NCBI RefSeq assembly: GCF_009914755.1
Contig: NC_060927.1
DNA: 64,000 nt
Source: the human T2T-CHM13v2.0 reference genome, Homo sapiens
Direction: 5' to 3' (one strand)
Position numbers and translations under genes: made by a program. Each line of letters begins with the position of its first letter. Within the stretch, counting starts at the first letter, position 1. Below, piece by piece: positions 1 through 20,258 of the stretch. The notes below the pieces were generated by a model that saw only the letters and a program-made list of their open reading frames with translations, made no database searches and was not told the origin of the DNA.

Positions 1-712
1 AACAGGGCTCTGCACCTGGTGGGCCTTTCTTCATTTAGGAATTTGTTTTCTGTTTGAGGCCTTTAACATATTCTATGTGATGCAAAACAAGATGTTTTGT
101 GGTTTTCCTTCAAAACCATCAAACACAGATGTTGTCTGACTCAAAATAAGGTAGCCCACCTTTGATAGGGGCTTAGATGCATTCCACACTCAGAAAAGCA
201 TTCCACACCCTACTCAGCCCAACTGGGAACCTGGCGGCAGTCAGGATTCAGGTCTTCTGGGGGCTACTTTAGAAACCAGCTGCAGGTGCAGACTTGGTCT
301 TCACGTGGCCCAAGGCAGTATATACACTAAATAAGTGTGAGATAAGCCCCATGGTCAAGGAACAATCCTAGTATGGAAACTCTCTGCTGTTATCTGAAGG
401 AAGGGTGGTTCAGAGTCTCAGTTAGGCTGTAGGGTGGCACTGTGGGGCACAGGCAAGCCTGCCATTGGAGTGGTTAGGAGGGGTCTGAAGGTTTACTGCA
501 CCTGGGACAAGACCAGCTTCTAGGACTGGGCATGCGGGAAGTCCCAGTCTGGACCACCAGGCACTGTCAAGTGTAAGGAGAAATTTCAGATTTTGAAAGA
601 AGCAAAACACAGATGGATAGCCTTTTCCCGGAATGCCGGAGCCTCCAGGGGATTCTCTGATTCTATAGGTATGTACCTTTGACTTTGACTAAGCTATTTT
701 ATAACTCTGTAG

Positions 713-1060
<348 letters not shown>

Positions 1061-1681
1061 TAACCTTGCACACTGGTCTGGCTTTGAAAGGAAAACATAT
1101 TCATGGATCCCATTGTAATCACCTCCTGGCATCCATCCTTAACTCCCTTGCCCCTCTCTTGGTGTCAGTGGCATTTGCATTTGCTGTTATGCCTGCCTGC
1201 AACCCTTGTTCTTAGATTTCTGCAGGGCTGGCTCCCCAGGTCTACATGCAAATGTCACCTTCTTAATCAGATGTTTTGCTTTTAAGAAACCATTTCAGAT
1301 ATTGCTGGAGTTTCATGCTTGCCATTCAACTGAGGGAAGCTGGAACATTTGAAGAAAAACATTTTGCTGACAGCACTGGCTGGCACAGCTCTATAGGTCT
1401 CAGTCCCAGTGAGCTGCGCTGGGGAAAACCACCCAGCAATCCATGAGTCAGGGCTTCAGGATCTACATATGAAGTCTATAAGTAATATAACAAAAGTGAT
1501 AAATTTAAAAATATTGCCAGGTGCAGTGGTTCAGGCAGGAGGAACACTTGAGGCCAAGAGTTTGAGACCAGCCTGGGAAACAAAGTGAGACCCCTGTCTC
1601 TACAAAAAATACAAGAAAAAAAAAAGAAAGCGGGGCTGGTGGCACATGCTTGTAGTCCCAGCTACTCAGGAGGCTGAGCTA

Positions 1682-1780
<99 letters not shown>

Positions 1781-1796
1781 TTACAAGAAAAAAAAA

Positions 1797-1848
1797 TATA
1801 TATATATAACATATGTGTGTGTGTATGTGTGTGTGTGTGTGTGTGTGT
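1797..1848. repeat. (TA)n/(TG)n compound microsatellite
   Basis: Read directly from the sequence. Confidence 0.9.
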
Positions 1849-2834
1849 CAGCACATGAAGGGATATGAATTTAAAAGCAGAAGAAAGTGCTGAAAGAGAA
1901 GTGGGCTCCTCTGGGAGAAGTTGTAGTGGCTTGGAATTGTTGCTTTTCCTTATTAGCTTTTCTGTGTGATTTAGTTTTATAACCATATGATAAAAATGAA
2001 TTTTAAATATCTACCTGTAGATTTAGATCTTACTGTAGCAGTCAGGACAAGGGGCAGACTCTAGGTCAAAGACATGCTGCTAGAACTTCTGTTAGAAGCA
2101 ATACCTCCAAAATTTTTAAAACCAACAGCACAGCCACTGCAAGTTCTTGTATTCACTGGGCACTTTTCAGATTAATGTCTCTAACTTTTCTTTCCTCATT
2201 TCTTAGACTGAACCTGAAGGCAGATCCTAGCAATATAATGAGATGATACCGGCTCATCCCTATGTAATATATCATTCCTATAGCACATATTACAAATTGT
2301 TATAAATATTTCACATATTTTGGTACAGCCAATATAAAATGGAGAAAAAAGAAAATTAGATGTACCCCATTAAAAATAATTATATACCAAATCTATTTTG
2401 TATTATTTCTTAAATATTTGTTGTCTTATTTTCTTTATGTCTTATTTTCCTTCTTAAATATTTTATGTCTGATTCCCTCTGAAACCTGATGAAAGGAAAG
2501 TGAAGAAGGAAATATAAACTATTTTTTTAATTCCATTCTCTTCCTTGAAAGTAATTAAAATAAATAAAATTCGTTGTCTTTTCACTCTATCACCCATATA
2601 ATTCAATGTGAAATCTTCCTCTCAACTCAGTTTTAGCTGAATGCCAAATATGCAATAAACATACAAAAAAAATGCCATTAGAGTTCTTCTAATTAAATCA
2701 ATAAATGTGTAAATAAAATACCTTTTCCTTAGGAAAGGAAACCACAATCCCAGCCCAGATGGCAAACAGCCTCAATGGAGAAGAAATTCTTCACTTACAG
2801 CCTAACAATAGCTCTTTTATTTCTCCCTCTAAAT

Positions 2835-3153
2835 CAGCAGTCCTCAACCTTTTTGGCACCAGGGACCAGTTTCATGGAAGACAATTTTTCCATGGATGAG
2901 GGGTTGGGGGGATGGTTTCGGGATAAAACTGTTCCACCTCAGATCATCAGGCATTAGATTCTCATAAGCAGTGGGCAACCTAGATCCCTTGTATGCACAA
3001 TTCACAAAAGGGTTTGTGCTCCTATGAGAATCTAATGCTGCCGCTGATCTGACAGGAGGTGGAGCTCAGGTGGTAATGCCCGCTTGCCCCCTGCACACCT
3101 CCTGCTGTGTGGCCCAGTTCCTAAAAGGCCAGCCCAGGGCTTGGGAACCTCCG
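2835..3153 (+). mobile_element. MER1B-type hAT-Charlie DNA transposon
   Basis: CAGCAGTCCTCAACCTTTTTGGCACCAGGGACC start; 8-bp TSD CTCTAAAT / CTCCAAAT. Confidence 0.85.
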
Positions 3154-4492
3154 CTCCAAATGATCAAGTTTCATTCGGAGAGAGTGATATTTCATATTTT
3201 ATCTCTACTTATAATGTTTAAGTATCGGTATATACTTCATAACAACTACAGCATTACAGGATGAGATACCCTAAAGTGAGGTAACAGAACAAGCTAGGAG
3301 GTTTTATTTGTTTCAGTAAATTTAAATTAACCAAATAGTTGCCTTTTATAATCAGGCAGGCATTAATTTTTCAACATATTAATTACTCCTTTGAACAGTA
3401 AACAGATCCTGAGAAACTAAAAGTTAACCCTCAAATAGTACTAATGATCACAGTATGAATTATATTATGGAAGCTCAAAAACACCTGTAAAGAAGGCAAA
3501 TTTACTACCCCCATTTCTGAAGAGGCTGAGAAACTAAGTTCCTTTCTTAAACATGCACATTCTTCCCCAGCCCTACCTCACATTCCTCCTTATCTGCCCA
3601 GCCAACTTGGTGGCTGTTTTCCTTATCTTGGGCTAGAAAAGCCAAACAAATATCCAAGAAGTTTTCTGTCTTAGGTTAAGATGAGACAGTGCACAAGCTC
3701 AATGACACTGAGCCCAAGTCAAGCTCAATCCTATGTACATGAGATGCGTGAAGCTGTTTAACACCTCAAAGAAAGACAGCGTTGAAGGGGCAGATCCCAC
3801 TCCAAAGCAGATGAGAGAGCACAGTCTGCAGACCCCAGGTGTCTGCAAATGGCTCCTCTTCCAAGAACCTCAGGAAGTTGCATCAGCTACAGGTGCTTCC
3901 CTAACTCCCCTCCCCACTGCCAAGGGCGTGGGCCTCCATGCAGCAAGCTTGTTCTGCTGTAGAGTAACCCCAGATGCTAGGTGTGCGGAGGAAATCAAAG
4001 CAGGGCTGAGAGCTACTTTGGGCTCTGGGACCTTGTATGATTTATGTGAGTGTAGGTCTCTTGGATGCGTTGCCATGTGGGCTTTCTGGTTTAAGGGTTG
4101 TAATTCTTTTTTGTTGTTTTTTTGTAAAGACAGAGTCTCACTATGTTGCCCAGGCTAGTCTCAAACTCCTCAAGCAATCCTTTATGTCATATTGGACAAT
4201 CTCAGATTAGTGGCAAGAGAAAAGACGTTCTAACTACCTGTGATTACAGCATTATACAGAGGCAAGGGCTTGGCCACATCTTCCACTTACCATCTGTGTG
4301 AACTTGAGCAACTTACCTAAGTCCCAACTTCCTCATCTGCAAATTAGGGATGGTGGTAACCACCTGAAACCACTGTGATGAATACAGTAGCAGCTTAATT
4401 ATCAAGCATGATCAGAATAGGTATTTGTTTAATCCAAAAAGCTAATGAAGGTGGAGAACCAAGAATGTAGACACATTCACACCTTACACATC

Positions 4493-4807
4493 TTTTTTTT
4501 TTTTTTTTTTTTTTTTTGAGACAGAGTCTCGCTCTGTCGCCCAGGCTGGAATGCAGTGGCTTGATCTCAGCTCACTGCAAGCTCTGCCTCCCGGGTTCAC
4601 GCCATTCTCCTGCCTTCCTGCCTCAGCCTCCCAAGTAGCTGGGACTACAGGCGCCCGCCACCACGCCCGGCTAATTTTTTGTATTTTTAGCAGAGACGGG
4701 GTTTCACCGTGTTAGCCAGGATGGTCTCGATCTCCTGACCTTGTGATCCGCCTGCCTCGGTCTCCTAGAGTGCTGGGATTACAGGCGTGAGCCACTGCGC
4801 CCAGCCC
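4493..4807 (-). mobile_element. AluY-like, full length
   Basis: gcaagctc, ttcacgccattc and gttagccaggatgg diagnostics; TSD TACACATCTT. Confidence 0.9.
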
Positions 4808-4819
4808 CTACACATCTTG

Positions 4820-5330
4820 CTTTTAATTTAAAGTGTGCAAATATACCATCATTGGCCAACTTGATGTAGGGTTGGGACTTTCTTTGAGAATGGGTCTGCC
4901 AATGAGAATCCCATTGTGTCAATCTTATATAAACAGCACCCCTAATGCATCATCCATGAGTTCCAGTTCTGGTTTCTCCACAGGGAATAAAAATTGCAGA
5001 CATATGCAAAGCCATCTTCAACCTTTCTACCTTGTAGATTTTCCAAAGCACTCAACTTGGTGTTCATATACATAACTTTCTTTTACTCATATTTCACGGC
5101 CGTATATGATAGGCAAATGACACCATTTCATCCAAGTAAAAACGACACCAACACAGTGAATCTTACCTAGAATTCAGCTCAATGGGGGAGGGCTGAAGTG
5201 CACAACAGAGTAGCCCCAAGCTGCCCCAGATGGCAGTCAGATGGTGTCCAGAGCGCCAGACAGCCTAGTGAGTTAGCTCAGTGAACTCTAGCTAGGCAGC
5301 CTGCTACAGCATTTACTGTGGGGGGATTTA
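4820..5330 (-). mobile_element. Degenerate Tigger/pogo transposon fragment (bounds approximate)
   Basis: 4957->4877 translates as MDDALGVLFI*D*HNGILIGRPILKE, similar to the CENP-B-type HTH motif LD.AL..WF...R..G.PISGPILKEKA. Confidence 0.55.
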
Positions 5331-5582
5331 TCGTGTCATCTCGGTCTTCCTAGTGCCTACCACAAGGGTGGTGGGTAGGTCCTTATAACCATGGGTGTTG
5401 CTATCATAGGAACTGCGTATTTGTACTGAGCAACAGTGTAAGGCTCTGAAGTTTAATGAGGAAAATTTTACCAACAGTGAGAAATCCCAGAAGAAAAGCA
5501 TCCTCCTCCACAACGCAACTGTTGCCTGTCCAAATCCTTATTCACCAAACAAGCTACAAGACTAGGTTGAGAAAACACGTAC

Positions 5583-5707
5583 TTCTCCAAGGCGCTCTTC
5601 TCAAGCCTTTCCACCTCCTTCTTCTGCCAAGCTTTGTGCTTCTTGACACGAGTTTCCCACAAGGCTCTGATGACAGAAATGTCGAAGACAACCACTTTAT
5701 GTCCCAT
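5583..5707 (-). CDS. LRRC2: LRRC2 first coding exon (exon spans 5583-5726); the rest of the gene is not found in the window and presumably lies left of position 1
   Basis: [42 protein letters not shown] is the LRRC2 N-terminus. Strong Kozak context AAAATGG, acceptor ttttttaaatag at 5727, donor AA|GTACGT at 5582. Confidence 0.92.
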
Positions 5708-7569
5708 TTTGGGAGCATGAAATTACCTATTTAAAAAATATATAGATATGTCAGCTTGATACACAAACAGAAAACAGTTTTAACATAAACTTTAAAATGA
5801 AATATGAATGAATCACTTGGCTTAAGGAATGATGATATGCCTTACTACTTCAAGGATGACAGTTTGCTTTTTTTTTTTTTTTTTTTTTTTTTAGCTTGTT
5901 TGGCTGGTTGGGTTTTGTTTGTCTTGTTTTTATTGAGACAGAGTCTCACTCTGTTGCCCAGGCTGGAATGCAGTGGCACGATCATAGCTCCAACTGCAGC
6001 CTCAACCTCCTGGGCTCAGGCAATCTTCCTGCTTCAGCCTCCCAAGCAGCTGGGACTACAGGATCACACCATCACACCCAACTAATTTTTTAATTTTTTG
6101 TGGAGACAGGGTCTCACTCTATTGCCGAGGCTGGGAGGATGACAGTTTCCTAATGTTCTTAAGGTTTGGTAGTACTTTGTGTAAGTAAGTCATAGTTCAA
6201 CACTCACCCTAGGGTCACCTTCTCTAGATGGTCACACTTGTCTCCTTAACCCTCAGATAGACTCTGGGCTCCCAAAGCCCCCTGGGGATTCCTCAAACTT
6301 CACGGTTCCACATTGTATTAAATTCACTAGTATATGTACCTAATATTCCCAGTAGGTTGTTACATAATCAAGGATAAGTTAGATGAATTAATCACAGGGC
6401 ACGGGCATGCACACACACACACGCAGGCACGCACGCACACACATCCTCTCTCCTCTCTCAAGTAGAACGGAATATAACTTCTTAGTTGTATTTAAATCTA
6501 AAAAAAAAAAAAAAGCTCACATAGGCGGTGTTATAATTGCTTTTCTAAAAGTCCCCTTTTGTTGGTAGAAATTTATTCTAAAGATATTTGAGTGTTCTTT
6601 CCTTCCTTTAAGTATAGGACATGAGGCACGTAACAGCGACTTTCTTCCGTAACCCATCACCTCAATTCTTCCCCTCTGGGATTGCCTTTTCCATCCTCCT
6701 CCTGCCTTCTTTCCTCAGTCCGGCTGACCTAACTCATTTCTGTTCTCCAGGGTAGTCTCTGCCACCACCAGTCTCTGCCTCTCCTCCCCAATATCCCCAG
6801 CCCTCATCATCTGAGGCCACAGGCCAGCCACCATTAAGTTAAAAAAAAAATGGCACTGAGCCCCACTGAGCACTCTGCCACTTAAGACTGACCACACAGC
6901 CTGGAGACATGTCCTCTGAGGTTTCCCTGCAGATTGAACCTTCACAAACCATTGATCTCTGTTTACCTGGTTTTCAAAGAGCAAGGAAAGTCAAACTTGG
7001 GTACATTTTGGCCATCACATCTCAGTGGGAATTTAGAGATAATTTAGTCTCTATTTTCAGTGTCACCAAATGAAACATGAGAGGCCCACCAAAACTTTAT
7101 GTCTATATCCCTGGCACCTAGTATAGTGCCTTGCACATGGTAGGCCCTCCATAAATATTTGTGGAATGCATGAGTGAGTGAATGAATGAATGAGTAAATA
7201 AAAGATATTGCTTCACTCTCAGGACACTAAATGAGCTCTCTTCTTTTTTATTTTTCTACTTTACATTTACTTTTTGTTTTAAGTAATTATTTGATCATTG
7301 CAAAAAAAAAAAAAAATTGTCAGGACAGAAAAGTACCTTTCAGTGTACATTCCACTAAGTTATACTTATGTCCCTTATCTAAGTAAAGTAACTTTCTAGA
7401 TATTGTTTTGAAATTCCCTAAGTGCAGCAGCAAAGTCTTGCTAAATCCATGCCCTGATTTGCACAAACACAGATTGTCAGTTGCTAAATAGTAGGGCTGG
7501 TGAATACTTTCTCCTCCAATTTCAGACACTTCTATATAGCAGTCATGGATATGAAGCCAAATATTTAAT

Positions 7570-12935
<5,366 letters not shown>

Positions 12936-15456
12936 TGTCCCACTTTATGTGAAATCTAACAAAGTTGAACTCGTAGAAGTAGAGTGTAGAAAGAGATTGG
13001 GGCCGGGGAGGAAGGGAATGGGGAGTTACTGGTCAAAGGGTACAAAGTTTCAGATAGGTAGGAGGAATGTTTTGAAATCTATTGCATAGCAGGGCGACTA
13101 TAGTCAATAATAAAGTATTGCATATTTCAAAATCACTGAAAGGGTAAATTTCAAATGTCTACCATAAAAATGATAGGTAAAAGAAGTGCATTTAATTTTT
13201 CTTTTACCACTTTTCTTACTCTGTTATCTTCAGCTCAGGAGTATCTAACCTGCAAAGATCTTAATTAAGGCTTTGGCTTTCGACTTAAAAGTCTCCATAA
13301 AGGAACGCTACGCATCATCCTGAAAATAAAGATCAAAGTCCACAGCCAGTGGTGAAGAAACATTAATAAGAGAATCAGTCAGCCTAGTTTTTTTGAGGAA
13401 ATCTGTGCACAGATCCCAAGTCTACACATAAACCAAAAAGCCAAAGTAAAGTTAACTGTATTTGAGCAGTGTGGGCAGCCCAGCCAGCCACAGTAACTGA
13501 AGCTGGAAGAATTACTCCCTACACACAGGGCTCGTGTTCTCTAGATCAACCAGACACATCACAGACTCTGTTGTTGAGGTTCTTTCATTTCCTCAGGCCA
13601 GTTAGCCCTTGGCTAGTAGCCAGAGCTGTACATTAACTGCCCCTACATTTTTAAAATCATTGCTTATGAATTTCTATGTATTAACTTAGAGAAATGTAAT
13701 TCTAGTTCCCATCTTAGAGGAATGGTCTCTTCTTAATGTCTTTGTGTTCTAAATATTTGATCATGTCAACAAAAAATGGCTTAATCATCTTTGATAAATT
13801 CCTGGAATTATGAAATTTAATTACCAAAGGCCCTGACATATTTTTAAGTAGTTATAAGTCATTACTACTCTCAGTATTTTGGTGGGAAAGAGCATATTCT
13901 GTCTGTCATCTAACCATGTTCACCATTTTCCCTGTGTTTTTAAAAAGCAGGAAAAGAAGTTCTCTTATACAATTAAGGGGGCGTTGAATGTGCCAGGATG
14001 TAAATCAGCATCTTGCGAAGTTTTGTTTGCAACATGTATAATGAAAACTGGAGACTAAGAACAGTAGGTGATGACCACATTTGCTAGAGATTTACATGTG
14101 ATGTCCAGAGGTGCTGGGAAGCTATGACATACAAGATCCTAAGTGCCAGGTCCAGCCCAGCCCTTGGCATCCCATGTAGGACAGAGATAAGTCCAGACCT
14201 CTCTAGACAACTGGACAAATTTTACCTTAACCTAGAAGGTAGTAGTTCATGGGTGGGTTCTGAGACTGAGAAAGTAGTTCAAATGAGAGTCCATGTGTCA
14301 GTCCAGGGTAAGGAGGAGACCCTCCATCCAGGGGAGAAACCACATTGGGGAGCCCATAGGACACAGTTGTCAGGGACAGACACAGGTGCCAGTCCCTCAG
14401 CAGCTCAGGGGAGAGATCTCCTCACAAATTTACAAAGCTAATCTCTTCTTTGTAAAATAAACTCTAGTCAACACAATCTTTCAGGCAAAGACATAGAATG
14501 CAATGTCCTAAGCATTAACTTTCTTTAGGACTATAGAAATGTCATCATCATCATATGCTACCCCAACACAGAAAAGGGAAAAATTAACCTCTACGGGATC
14601 CAGTCAAGAGACCCTCAATACAAACAAAGCAATATCCTCTTATAGGAAACTTTACAACGAAGTAGATTCTACAAAGCAGCCTAAGTGTAAAGCTTCAGCC
14701 TGGACCCTCGTTGAATTTGACAGCAAAGTGTCATGGTTCCAAGACAGCATCTGATTCCGGTTCCCTGCTGTGGGTCTGGTTTTGTGTGGTTGTAGCAGAA
14801 TTATGAGAACAAGCCTCCCTCAGTTTGGGCTACACTGTCCACAGTCACAGAGCATCTTCCAGAGAAGAAAACACCTGCAATGATGAGACAGAAGGAGAAC
14901 GGTGGCATCTCTCACTGTAAAGGAAAGAACACTGGGGCCACAAAGTGTCATCAGCCATGTTCCTCTCCAGTCCAAGGACTCCCAGACACTTAGTGTTCCA
15001 GCTCCTGAGTGAAAATGTTAACCATCAGCACACTCTCAAAGGTTAGATTAAGGAAAATAATGCCTGGAAAATCTTTTGTTTTAGTACAGGGCTGAGAAAA
15101 CTTGATGGTAAATAATAGAGGTTTCCCAGGCCAATAAGCAAAATTGAAGATATATGTAGGCGTTTACATAACAAAGGAGAACCCTCTGGCGAGCCTCTCC
15201 CTGCTTGCCCCCAGAGAACCATCCGGAGTAGTTAGCATGTTTCATGTCCAGCTGCTGCTTGCCAAAAACATTCTCAGAACAAGAGGGACTAGCCCAAGAG
15301 GGAAAGGGCTAGTAGGTATGGTGAAAAGGGGGCAGGGTGGCTGGGTGCAGTGGCTCCCACCTGTAATCACAGCACTTTGGGAGGCTGAGGTGGGTGGATT
15401 GCTTAAGCTCAGGAGTTTGAGAGCAGCCTGGGCAACATGGCAAAACCCTGTCTTTA

Positions 15457-15789
<333 letters not shown>

Positions 15790-16079
15790 TCACCAGCTCC
15801 TGAACTGAGATTCCATTGCTTGGTTGCTAACAATAGAGTCTCCAATGTGTAGATGGCAACCAGGGTGGGCCCTGGACTGCAGCAAGGTACAGCTGGCCAG
15901 GTGGACAGGAGCTGAGAGCAGTGGGGGAGTAGAAACAGAAGAAAATACCCCAGCTTGGTCCCCAGATGCTCCAGCAGTGCCCACATTCCATATGTAAACA
16001 GGTGCCAGGCCTGCAGGTTATAGTTTACTGATCCTAGCTTTAGTGGACAATAAAATGTAAAATATTTTGCTTTGGTGGA

Positions 16080-16585
16080 TGTGATGGTTTTAAACTATAT
16101 CCACAAAGTCTTTCACATTCTTCCCTTTAAAAAGGTAGAACTTAATTCCTCCCCCCTTGAGCATGGGCTAGACTTAGTGACTCACTTCTAATGACTAGAA
16201 TGTGGTGAAAGTAATGGTGTGTGGCTTCTGAGACTAGGTCTTCACTCTCTGTCAGATCACTCACTCTAGGAAGTCAGCTGCCATGTCATGATGATGCTCA
16301 AGCAGCCTTGTGGAAAAGCTTCACAAGGAGAGGAACTGAGGCCTCCTGTCAACAGCCATGAGAGGGGGCTGTCTTAAAAGCAGATCCTCCATCCCCAGTC
16401 AAGCCTTCAGATGACGGCAGCCCCTGTGGACATCTTGACCACAACTTCATGAGACCCTAAGCCAGAAACACTCAGCTAAACTGCCCTGGATTTCTGACTC
16501 TCAGAAACTGTGAGATAATAAATGTGTGTTATTCTAAACTAATAGTTTAGAATAAACTGTTATGCAGCAATAAATAACCAAGACA
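16080..16585 (+). mobile_element. MLT1 (MLT1F-like) MaLR LTR
   Basis: Typical motifs: gacttagtgactcacttctaa...ccccagtcaagccttcagatga...tgttatgcagcaata...aca. Confidence 0.8.
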
Positions 16586-16630
16586 GTGGATTTTTATAAA
16601 AGACACTTTAAAAATCAGTCTTAACTTCTG

Positions 16631-16644
16631 GTGCCATCTGGTGT
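16631..16644 (-). promoter_or_regulatory. Candidate CTCF motif
   Basis: Minus strand ACACCAGATGGCAC has one mismatch to the CCASYAGRKGGCRS core. Motif match only. Confidence 0.35.
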
Positions 16645-16789
16645 GCATGTTCAGCTGCCTCCTTGAATATGCACTTGGATGTCTCACACATATCTCAAAG
16701 AAACATGATGTTCTCCAAACTTGCTCCTTTAGAGTTTGTCCATCCTAGGCCTCCTTTAATTCCACACCTCAGGAATGACTCCATCATAA

Positions 16790-17011
<222 letters not shown>

Positions 17012-18378
17012 TGACCAGGCTGGTCTCAAACTCCTGACCTCAGGTGATCTGCCCGCCTCGGCATCCCAAAGTGCTGAGATTACAGGTATGAGCCACTGTA
17101 CTCGGCCAGAAGTCACTTCTTTTGCTTCGTTTCCTCACTCTGCCCACCCACTATGCAGATAGTATGCACACACACACGTGCATGCACACACACACACATT
17201 CATCCACACCTCCAGTTATCACCTACATCTTAGAGGGCATGCATTTCTCACCACCAACTAGTGTCACGCCTTGCCTCAGTTGGGGAAAGGCCCCCTAATT
17301 GGTCTCCTGGCTTCCCACTCAACCCCATCTTCTACTCAATAGTGAGAGTCACTTTCCAATGAGAACTAGATCATGCCACCACCTGGCACAAATCTCCCCA
17401 AGGCCTGCCTTTGAAATGAGAATGAGATCCCAGCTTTCCACAGAGGCAGTGAGCCCCTGGCATGGTCTGCCCTCGGCCTGCCCATCCCACCTCACCCCTC
17501 CTGCTCCCCTCCTCTGTGCTTATCCACCCCACGCCTCTTCCCCCTCAGAGCTCAGCACACACTGCTCCCTCAGCCTAGAGCATTCCTCCCCAAGTCACAT
17601 GGCTTCCTCCCCACACCCCTGGAACCCACCTTAAATGTTTTCTCCTGTCTGGCCTTCCCAGCCTCCTCATCTAAAGTAAACCTGCCTGTTATTTTATTTC
17701 TCAGTCTACTGTTTATTTGCATCACAATACTTCATGCAAGTTAAAGTATTTGATTCATTATATTTTGTCTGTCCATGGACCAAGCCATAGACGAGCCACA
17801 GTTTACTGACAGGAGCAGCCACTTGGGAGTCCCCAGACTTGGGTTCACACACCGGCCCCCATGAGTTCAGCTGAGCAGGTCATACTGTAGCATACGATGG
17901 GAACTGGTGGGGCCTCTCCATCACCTTGTCCAAGCCCCTGCAGACAGAGGTGTGCTATGGCCATCAAATGAGGGGGTTTTGAGTAGTCCAAGGGCTACAG
18001 ATGCCAGTCTCCTGCTTCTGAACCTCAACACAGAAACCGTGTGTACTGAGCCAGTGTACTTAGTTTGTATTTCTGTTTTTCAATGCCTAGGAACCCTAAG
18101 TGACATTTATGGACATTCATTAAATGCAGAAAGACAGAAGCCTTGTCCATGACTCCAAGTTCCCAATCTAGAGGGGAGAGCATCAAAGGATATATTTGAG
18201 CACAGCACGTTCATTAGACAACAGAGGCTGAACCAACCCCTGTAGAAGCCAAAAGAGAAAGGGTGGGGGAGGGGTTGGGAGAGTCCTGCAGGGACCTTGA
18301 GGAAGGGGAAAGGGCTGACAGGGCAGGTTTGGCTGAATAACTTTCCACACCCTCCTCCCCAACCCAGTTATATCAGAA

Positions 18379-18428
18379 CCACTTTACAGAGCCATCCACT
18401 TTACAGAGCCATCCACTTTACAGAGCCA
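18379..18428. repeat. 17-bp tandem repeat (CCACTTTACAGAGCCAT) x3
   Basis: Read directly from the sequence. Confidence 0.95.
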
Positions 18429-20258
18429 GAGGGCATGACTGGAAAAACATGTCCCCTGGCACCAGGGCACTAGTCTCCACTCAGAAGTCATATGCCAGGG
18501 GGAGGGGGGGTTTTCCGGTCACCTAGTCCTCTCCCTTCTTGTCAAATTACACTGGGTTGCTAGGTAGGAGGTGTGGAGTGGGTGCAGGGTTAACCTCTCA
18601 GAGCATCCTAAGAAGGATCTGGGGGAGTTTGGGAGGAGACTCAACAAAGTCTGGGAGGAGACTCACCTCATCATGCAGGTGCCAAGCCATTCTTGGCACT
18701 CCCACTGGGAGGCTGGGAGGGGGACAGGAGCAAGGGATGGAGCAGGAGAGGAGGACGGAGCTGATGCCAGAGGTCACCTTAACCAGCCATGCAGAGAGAG
18801 GCTCTCTCCTCCACACCTGCCCCTCAGAACTCCCAGGACCCCTCCACCCCAGGCTGCCCAGCTCCAAGCCCTCCACAGCACCCTTCCAGGCGTGTCATCA
18901 ATGTAAGGAAAACCTCTATCATCAGCCTTGCTGTATCCAAGAGAACCACTGTAACCCATGGGAATTTCTGGGGGCACCAAGATACAATGGGCAATAATAT
19001 GACAACCAAGGAGCTTTGGTGACTCACAAATTCCATTCTATCCTCACATAAGGCCACTGCCTGGACACCAGCGTTGGAATGAACGCAGTGAGTTTTCTGA
19101 TAGAAACGGGGGTAAATAGGAGCTAAATAGTCAAGTAAGGTCAGTATAGTCAGCCAAATTCTGAATTAAATGACATTTATGCCACATGATCAGAGTTTCC
19201 CTGGGGACTTCTGATTAATTTTATTGTAATTTGTTTAGCTAGAAAATCCAGCCAGGGGAGGCAGAGGGTCCAGACGGGATTAAGAGGGCAATTCCAAGGC
19301 CAAGCTGCCTGGGCGGGAGCCCTGCCTACCCACTCTCTGGCCACATGTCCCTGAGAACACAGCCTAACCTCTCTGAGCCTGATGTTCTCATGTGGACGTG
19401 ATGGAGCAAACAGCACTGAGCTCACAGGTTGGCGAGAACATCACATAGGATCATTGTGTCAAGAGCTTAAGACAGTACCTGGCACCTAGTAAGATCAAAA
19501 AAAAGTTCAATCATTTAAAGAAAAAAGAAAGGAAACTAAGAATCCCTGTCACCAATTAAATGTAAGACAAAAACAAGAGGTATGTGAGCATCCGAGGGTT
19601 TTTCCTCCACCTGGCATGATTAGCAGAGGTTCTTTGGGTGAATAATGGGTGAACCCCCCAGTCCCTGAGTTCTGGGAGAGGGTTTGGTCCAGCAGAAGAG
19701 CTAGCAACAGGGCAGAGCCGCTAACAAGCCAGACAATTCCTCCTCCTCTGGGTCTCCAGTCACTTTCCGCCCTTGCCTCAGGCCTGTCCCCACCCCAAGC
19801 CAGGGGGCGTGAGACGCTGGAAGAAAAGACTTCCCCGCCAGGGCCATGTGTCAATCATACCATTCAGGACACAAACAAAGTTGATTTATCTCCCCTGGAC
19901 AGCGCTTTGGACCAGAAAGCTTTGGGCTCAGCCTTGGGCGCCGGAGCAGTACGCGCAGGGGAACTGCTAAGCCGGAGCAAGATTCACTCGCGGGGACCCC
20001 TGCCTCCCCACGCTCTCTCCTTTCTCGCCTTCCCACCATAGTCCTGGACCTCAGATAACGGTGGATGCCTAAGCCCCAGCCGCTGTCCGGTTAGGGACGT
20101 TTACCCCTGTCGCTCCGGCAGATTGCAGGTCACCAAGGCACAGAGGAAGGATTAAACAACTGAGCGCCCGGGGCACCGGCCATCCGCCCGCGTCCTCCCA
20201 CGGGGAGCGCAAGGCCCCCGCTCCCGCCCCCCGGCCACCTCGGACGCCCAGCGCTTAC

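Noticed and set aside
18260-18512. G-rich tracts as functional G-quadruplexes
   Set aside because: The pattern is common and nothing else supports a function here.
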